This document shows positions 58,876 to 64,000 of a stretch of 64,000 bases of DNA, one piece after another (within the stretch, counting starts at the first letter, position 1; each line of letters begins with the position of its first letter). The notes beneath the pieces were generated by a model. That model ran no database searches. It was not told the DNA's origin and worked only from the letters and a program-made list of their open reading frames with translations. The DNA comes from Limisphaerales bacterium (lineage in GTDB: Bacteria; Verrucomicrobiota; Verrucomicrobiia; Limisphaerales; JAJOIW01): assembly GCA_965657355.1 (NCBI GenBank), contig CBFHOE010000003.1:106220-170219 (forward strand), in the 5' to 3' direction. The translations under genes were made by a program, and so were the position numbers.

Positions 58876-59343
58876 ATGAAGAAAACTGCAAAATTTTTAG
58901 TAATTGCCATGCTCGTGTCTCACATTCCAATTAACTCTCATGCTGGTGATAAGGAATGGGCAACTGTTGGGAAAATACTAACAGGAGTCGCTGCAGGGGT
59001 TGTTTTGGCGGATGCTTTCCATGATCACCATCGCCATACTCCTTCGGTGCCGGTCTATCCTCCTGTGTTTTCAGCGTCCTACTCCAGACCATTACGTATT
59101 ATCGTTAAAAAAGAATTAATCACGCGTAATTCATCAACGACCACTCATTATATCTCCGAGCCTCATGTTCCTAGGAAGCGAAATACTCAGCCTGTGAGGG
59201 TTATTGAAAAGAGAATCGAATATCGTTCTCAGCCTATAACTGTAATAAAGCAGATAAGCCCTGGAGCTGGTCCGTCACATTCTATTATAAAAAGAGCTCC
59301 CCTTTATCCCAAGCGCCAAAGAGTTGTTGTGATCAGAAAATAA
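58876..59343 (+). CDS. Exported hypothetical protein
   Basis: Signal peptide ending SHA, GDKEWATVGKILTGVAAG segment, His-rich then basic Pro/Val-rich tail. Confidence 0.7.
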   Translation: MKKTAKFLVIAMLVSHIPINSHAGDKEWATVGKILTGVAAGVVLADAFHDHHRHTPSVPVYPPVFSASYSRPLRIIVKKELITRNSSTTTHYISEPHVPRKRNTQPVRVIEKRIEYRSQPITVIKQISPGAGPSHSIIKRAPLYPKRQRVVVIRK

Positions 59344-59354
59344 ACGCTGCCCAC

Positions 59355-60752
59355 TCATGCTAAAATCTTTGAAATTACTTTTCCATTTGAAATAGGAAGC
59401 GGTCGGTTATTTACATCCATAACCTCGGTGGTTGGGGGGATACCGAGGATGTGGTATAGAGTCGCTGATAAATCATCTGGTTTGACTGGGTCTTCAGCAG
59501 GGTAAGCAGCATGTTTATCTGATGCCCCATGAACGTAACCAGATTTTACTCCGGCCCCTGCCATCATAACCGTGTAGCACTGGGGCCAATGGTCTCTTGA
59601 CACATTGGCGTTGATCTTGGGTGTTCTCCCGAATTCGCCCATCCATATCACAAGCGTTTCATCTAGTAGCCCACGTCTTTCCAAGTCATTTAGAAATGTC
59701 GGAACAACATGGTCAGTTAGTGGTAAATGATATGCTTTCACAATTTCGTACATCCTGGTATTCGAAAAACCGTGAGTATCCCAGCCACCATCTGTTTTGC
59801 TTCTTCCGCCTATACTCGGTGAAAAGTATACAGTGACAAATTTTGTTCCAGCTTCAACAAGTCTTCTAGCGAGTAGGCAGCTTTGACCGTATGGTGATGG
59901 GCCATACTCATCCCTTATTGCTTGTGATTCCTCATGCAAAGCGAATGCCTTCCTCACGTATGGCGAGTGAAGCATAGTCAGGGCTTTATCGTAATAGGCA
60001 TCCATTCCTTTTGCTTGAGAGGATATATCTAATGCCTTTGCTTGAGAGTCTATATACTTCTGAAGTTCTCTCCGGCTCACCAAGCGATCGAAGCCTAATG
60101 ATTTCGGTAAGGATAACTCAGGCAACTTAAATTGAGGTGAAGCCGGGTTTTCTGTGATTAAAAATGGGTCATGTTTCTTTCCAAGAAAACTAGCGTGTTG
60201 GCCGGGTGTCTTTGATCCATCCCTTATAATGTAGGGGTAGGAAACCGATGTCGGCATGGCATGTGAGTTTGGTGCGAGTGCGTCAACGACTGACCCGAAG
60301 GCTGGATATAATTCTGGTGAATCTCTTAATCTCTGGTCATCAGATGGAGGGCGATGTCCTGTTAAAGCATAATACCCTGCTGAATTGTGATTCTTCATGT
60401 CATGGTGTACGCTTTTAATTAAGGTGACTTTATCCATATGGCGAGCCAATCGCGGTAATTCCTCGCATATTGGCATTCCCGGAACATTGGAGGAGATCAT
60501 TTTCAATGGAGACCTGATACCGCTTGGTGCATCCGGCTTCATATCAAACATATCTATTTGACTCGGCCCCCCCCATTGAAAAAGAAATACGACTGACTTG
60601 GCTTTTGGTGCGATACTTTTCGGGTTTTCACTGATTGCCTGTAACCAGTTAGTAGATGTTAATCCAAGCATGCCTAGTCCCCCGACTTTCAGCCAGTTAC
60701 GACGACTTATGCTTGTTGATGAATAATTCGTGCAGGAATAATGCTTTTTCAT
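59355..60752 (-). CDS. DUF1501 family protein
   Basis: SRRNWLK Tat-like signal, GGPSQIDMFDMKP, LLARRLVEAG, WDTH, GEFGRTP, RDHWP. Confidence 0.93.
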   Translation of the reverse strand: MKKHYSCTNYSSTSISRRNWLKVGGLGMLGLTSTNWLQAISENPKSIAPKAKSVVFLFQWGGPSQIDMFDMKPDAPSGIRSPLKMISSNVPGMPICEELPRLARHMDKVTLIKSVHHDMKNHNSAGYYALTGHRPPSDDQRLRDSPELYPAFGSVVDALAPNSHAMPTSVSYPYIIRDGSKTPGQHASFLGKKHDPFLITENPASPQFKLPELSLPKSLGFDRLVSRRELQKYIDSQAKALDISSQAKGMDAYYDKALTMLHSPYVRKAFALHEESQAIRDEYGPSPYGQSCLLARRLVEAGTKFVTVYFSPSIGGRSKTDGGWDTHGFSNTRMYEIVKAYHLPLTDHVVPTFLNDLERRGLLDETLVIWMGEFGRTPKINANVSRDHWPQCYTVMMAGAGVKSGYVHGASDKHAAYPAEDPVKPDDLSATLYHILGIPPTTEVMDVNNRPLPISNGKVISKILA

Positions 60753-60765
60753 ACAATCGTGAGAG

Positions 60766-63065
60766 TTAGTACCTGAAAAGAAACTCTTTTGAATTTACAA
60801 GTGCCCAGGTGATATCTTCAGCTGCTGCTCTAAGATTCTCATTGCCTTGCTTACTAATATATTCCGAGAAATGGGCTCTCTCTGAGGGTAAAGGTTTACG
60901 TGAAAGAAACCTTAGATATAGTTCTTCAACTATACCATCGAGATTCAGATCTTTATTGCTAATCAATTGTGCCAGGACATTTTGATGGTTAGTGATTAGT
61001 CTATGAATTAATGGTGAGCTGATTAATTGGAATGCCTGAGTTATATTTGGATCACATGTCCTTTCCTCATCTGTTGTCAGCATTCTTTGAGGCTTCCCAA
61101 AAATTTTTAGAAATTTGTCTCCATCGGATAGGGTTTTAGATCTTGTTCGGATTGCCATAACCCCGGGGATTTGGCTAGCTCTCGTTCCCAGGACATATCC
61201 ATTGTATTTTATACTTACATTAAGAGCTTTACTTTGAGCATCTAAAATTTGTTCCCCTGTAAACCTTCTTGGAATGTTTCGTGCATAATTTTTCGGATCA
61301 TTAAATATGTTCTCATCTAATATTTGAGATGATCGCTGGTAGGTCTCTGATGATACGATTAAAGAAATAAGGGGGCGTATCTGGAAATTGTTGTTAATCA
61401 AAAAATCTGTCAAATTTTCTAGTAACTCAGGATGAGTAGCCGGATTCGTGGAACGGAAATCATCCACCGGTTCTACTAAACCTCGCCCCATTAAATGGGA
61501 CCATACCCTGTTTGCTTGGACTTTTGCAAATTGCCTATTTTCCGCTGAAACCAACCAGTTGGCTAAAATACTTTTCCTCTCTTTTCCGGCCGGCAGATCT
61601 TTTTGGCCTCCGAGTAATCGTGCAGGCACCTTTTCTGAAGAGGTGGGATTCTCTATTGAATGAGTTCCGTCGTCATAAAGAACTTGCTCTCCAATAAACT
61701 CGTTCTTATCTAATCCATCTCTTCGATTGTTTTCTAGTATTTTGAATTGAATGGAAGAAAATGCAGATGCCCAGCCGTAATAATCATTTTGAGTCCATCT
61801 ATCGAAAGGGTGGTTGTGGCACTCTGCGCATTGTAGACGTGTTCCTAGGAAAACCTGCGCTGTCGCTACTGCTCTTTGAGTAGGAGATCTATTTGCTCTG
61901 AAAAAATTAGTTGGTGGGTTTTTGTAAGTACTCCCTCTTGCCGTAATTATCTCATATGCGAACCGGTCTAATGGTTTGTGCGTTGCAATACTCGTTTGAA
62001 TCCACTGGTAGAATGCTCTGACTCCTTTTCGATCAAGGACTTTTTCTTCAACGCGGAGTATATCTGCCCACTTCGATGCCCAAAATTCAGAAAACTCTCG
62101 TGATTCCAGCAACTCAATAATTAAGCTCTGTCTTTTGAATGGATCATGGCTGGAAATGAAGTCCTCAACAGTCTCTGGGCTTGGAGGTAATCCAATCAAG
62201 TCCATATAAACGCGCCGAAGGTAGGTTTCATCCGAGCACGTGGGAGATGGTACCTGCCTAAGCCTTTCTAGTTTTTGATTAACGTTTTGATCAATAAAAT
62301 TAGAAGCGGTGACTTCAATACTTTTGTAGTTATTATTTTCGGGGACGAAAGCAATATGAATTGGTTTTTGTATGCCAAGATAACGGACAATGATAGTAGT
62401 TTCTCCTGGTTGAGTGAAAGTAACGACTCCATCACTTGATATAGTTGCTAGGTTATTTGAGGCTTCATAAACAGCCATGTCAGCAACGTTACTTTTTGAG
62501 CCATCTGCGAATTTTGCTATGGCTTGGATTTGAACTTTCGTCTTCGGAGCGTATACGTAATGCGGGCTATCTGGAAATACGTGCAAGTCGACTGGATCAA
62601 TCCAGCCGTCCTTGTTATCTTTGGCTCCTTGATCGATCCAATTCCGAATTATACGATAGTATTTTCAGAGTTTTTATCAAATCTTTTTCCCCCTTCGTGT
62701 GCTATTTGAGAGGTCGCCTTTGCTAGTATAAGGCTGGCTTCTGGAATCCATTTATTGATGCGCCTGGATTCATACTCCCCAGTGATGGAGTGAAAGTCGA
62801 AGTCCGGGTTTTCGCCTCGAAGAGAAAGTTTGAATCCGTATTTACCATTTTTATTTCCATGGCAAGCCCCCATATTGCAACCAGTTTTCGAAAGAACAGC
62901 CATGATATCCCTGCGAAAAGAAACTGAATCTCCAGTCCCCCCCGCAATATGTGTCAGGCCCATCAGTGACAATAAAAGAAATAGCACGGCTTTATTTTTA
63001 AAATCGCAAATTTTTTCTAATGCGTGCTTTTGTTTTTCTGGAGGACTCACTGGATTATTATCCAA
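60766..63065 (-). pseudogene. DUF1549/DUF1553 (PSCyt) domain protein split by a frameshift near 62663 (possibly a sequencing error)
   Basis: GCNMGACHG..GFKLSLRG in 62649..63065; the frame resumes YYRIIRNWIDQGA into 60766..62586 with RRVYMDLIG, CAECHNHPFD, NPATHPELL, NSKEFLF. Confidence 0.85.
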
Positions 63066-63199
63066 TGCCAGAATATTCCTGCAACTACGAAAATATGTCC
63101 AATGAGCTTCTTTTATCAGTGCTGACTATTAGTATCTAAAATGATCGATCCATTGACAGAGTTATTTGATGAGGACATTGTGATAGTCAGTTAAGCGTT

Positions 63200-64000
63200 A
63201 TGATACGAATCAAAAAAAGCAGGTGGGCAAAGCATTTTGCTATTGGGTTTTTTACCCTGATATCTGTCTCTTTTACTTTTTGGTTATGGTCGCAAAACGT
63301 TATCCCTAAATACTCTGGTAATCAAATTGATTGGAAAAATCAATGGAGACCGCTTTTTCTCGGTGTGGAATACACATTTGGTGACGTCGCACTTCCACGA
63401 AAACTAAAGATTCACGCGGTAAGGATAGACCTGACAGAACCAACTATTAAATTTAAAGTTACCCCACCTAATGGTTCTGCGCCTGGCGAAGCATCCTCTC
63501 AAACAACTTCTCAATTTTTAGAATCTCAGAAATGCCAGGTTGCTATTAATGGATCGATGTTTGAGCCTGCTCAAAGATTTTCTGGGAAACCCGTGGAGAT
63601 ATTGGGCTGGTCCGTGTCGAATGGAGTGGAATATTCTAAAATTGCAAAAAATTTGCACAGTATAGGAATTGATAAAGACAATAATATTTCATACGGACGT
63701 CCGGCCGTAACCAACTCAGGAGAAGTTCAGCACGGACTAGGAGGCCTTTGGATGGTCTTGCAAGATGGCGAGCTGACCAATGATAAGGAACGAAAATTGG
63801 ATCCACGTACAATCATTGGAAGTTCCAAAGATAGTAAATATCTTTTTCTGGTCGTCATTGATGGAAGACAACCGGGCTTCAGTGAAGGTGTTCATCCGGT
63901 TGAAGCGGGAAGAATTATGAAAGAGCTGGGTGCGTGGAATGCCTTGAACCTGGATGGTGGCGGATCGTCAACCTTGGTTGTTGAAAACCAAATCGGGATG
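63200..64000 (+). CDS. Phosphodiester glycosidase (NAGPA-like) family protein, 3'-truncated by window end
   Basis: Open frame from ATG 63200 to the end, not in the ORF track: VAING, PRTIIG, VIDGRQ, ALNLDGGGSS. Confidence 0.9.
   Translation, partial: MIRIKKSRWAKHFAIGFFTLISVSFTFWLWSQNVIPKYSGNQIDWKNQWRPLFLGVEYTFGDVALPRKLKIHAVRIDLTEPTIKFKVTPPNGSAPGEASSQTTSQFLESQKCQVAINGSMFEPAQRFSGKPVEILGWSVSNGVEYSKIAKNLHSIGIDKDNNISYGRPAVTNSGEVQHGLGGLWMVLQDGELTNDKERKLDPRTIIGSSKDSKYLFLVVIDGRQPGFSEGVHPVEAGRIMKELGAWNALNLDGGGSSTLVVENQIGM

Overview
AT-rich bacterial chromosomal window, most consistent with a PVC-superphylum organism, probably Verrucomicrobiota. The evidence is DUF1501 and DUF1549/DUF1553 genes, a sulfatase, a MoxR-DUF58-BatA operon and an HU protein starting MTKRDLVIRISNETG; this taxonomy is inference. 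Most genes are housekeeping or envelope genes: rpoD, miaA, lspA, hisS, gcvT/H, amtB plus P-II, xylB, pdxA, polX, ogt, Wza/Wzc-type export and glycosyltransferases. Main observations: (1) a hidden selenoprotein candidate, an ArsC-family reductase (9498-9857, -) with an in-frame UGA exactly at the catalytic Cys12 position followed by a SECIS-like hairpin, which the ORF track truncates; (2) a compact operon of unknown function encoding an AsnB-like ATP-dependent amide ligase, a RaSEA-like radical SAM enzyme and a flavin-dependent halogenase, followed by an M28 peptidase (11825-17119, -); (3) an endonuclease/exonuclease/phosphatase gene cut at its TYNIHHG|xGMDG motif by a 1676-bp mosaic insert carrying a ParA remnant, a possible toxin-tip/immunity pair and a lipoprotein; (4) RpoD with a ~200-aa histone-H1-like tail; (5) a DUF1080-RraA fusion; (6) two single-base frameshifts that may be sequencing errors. 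I recognised no rRNA, tRNA, CRISPR array or transposase. All product calls come from motif recognition by eye, without database searches.
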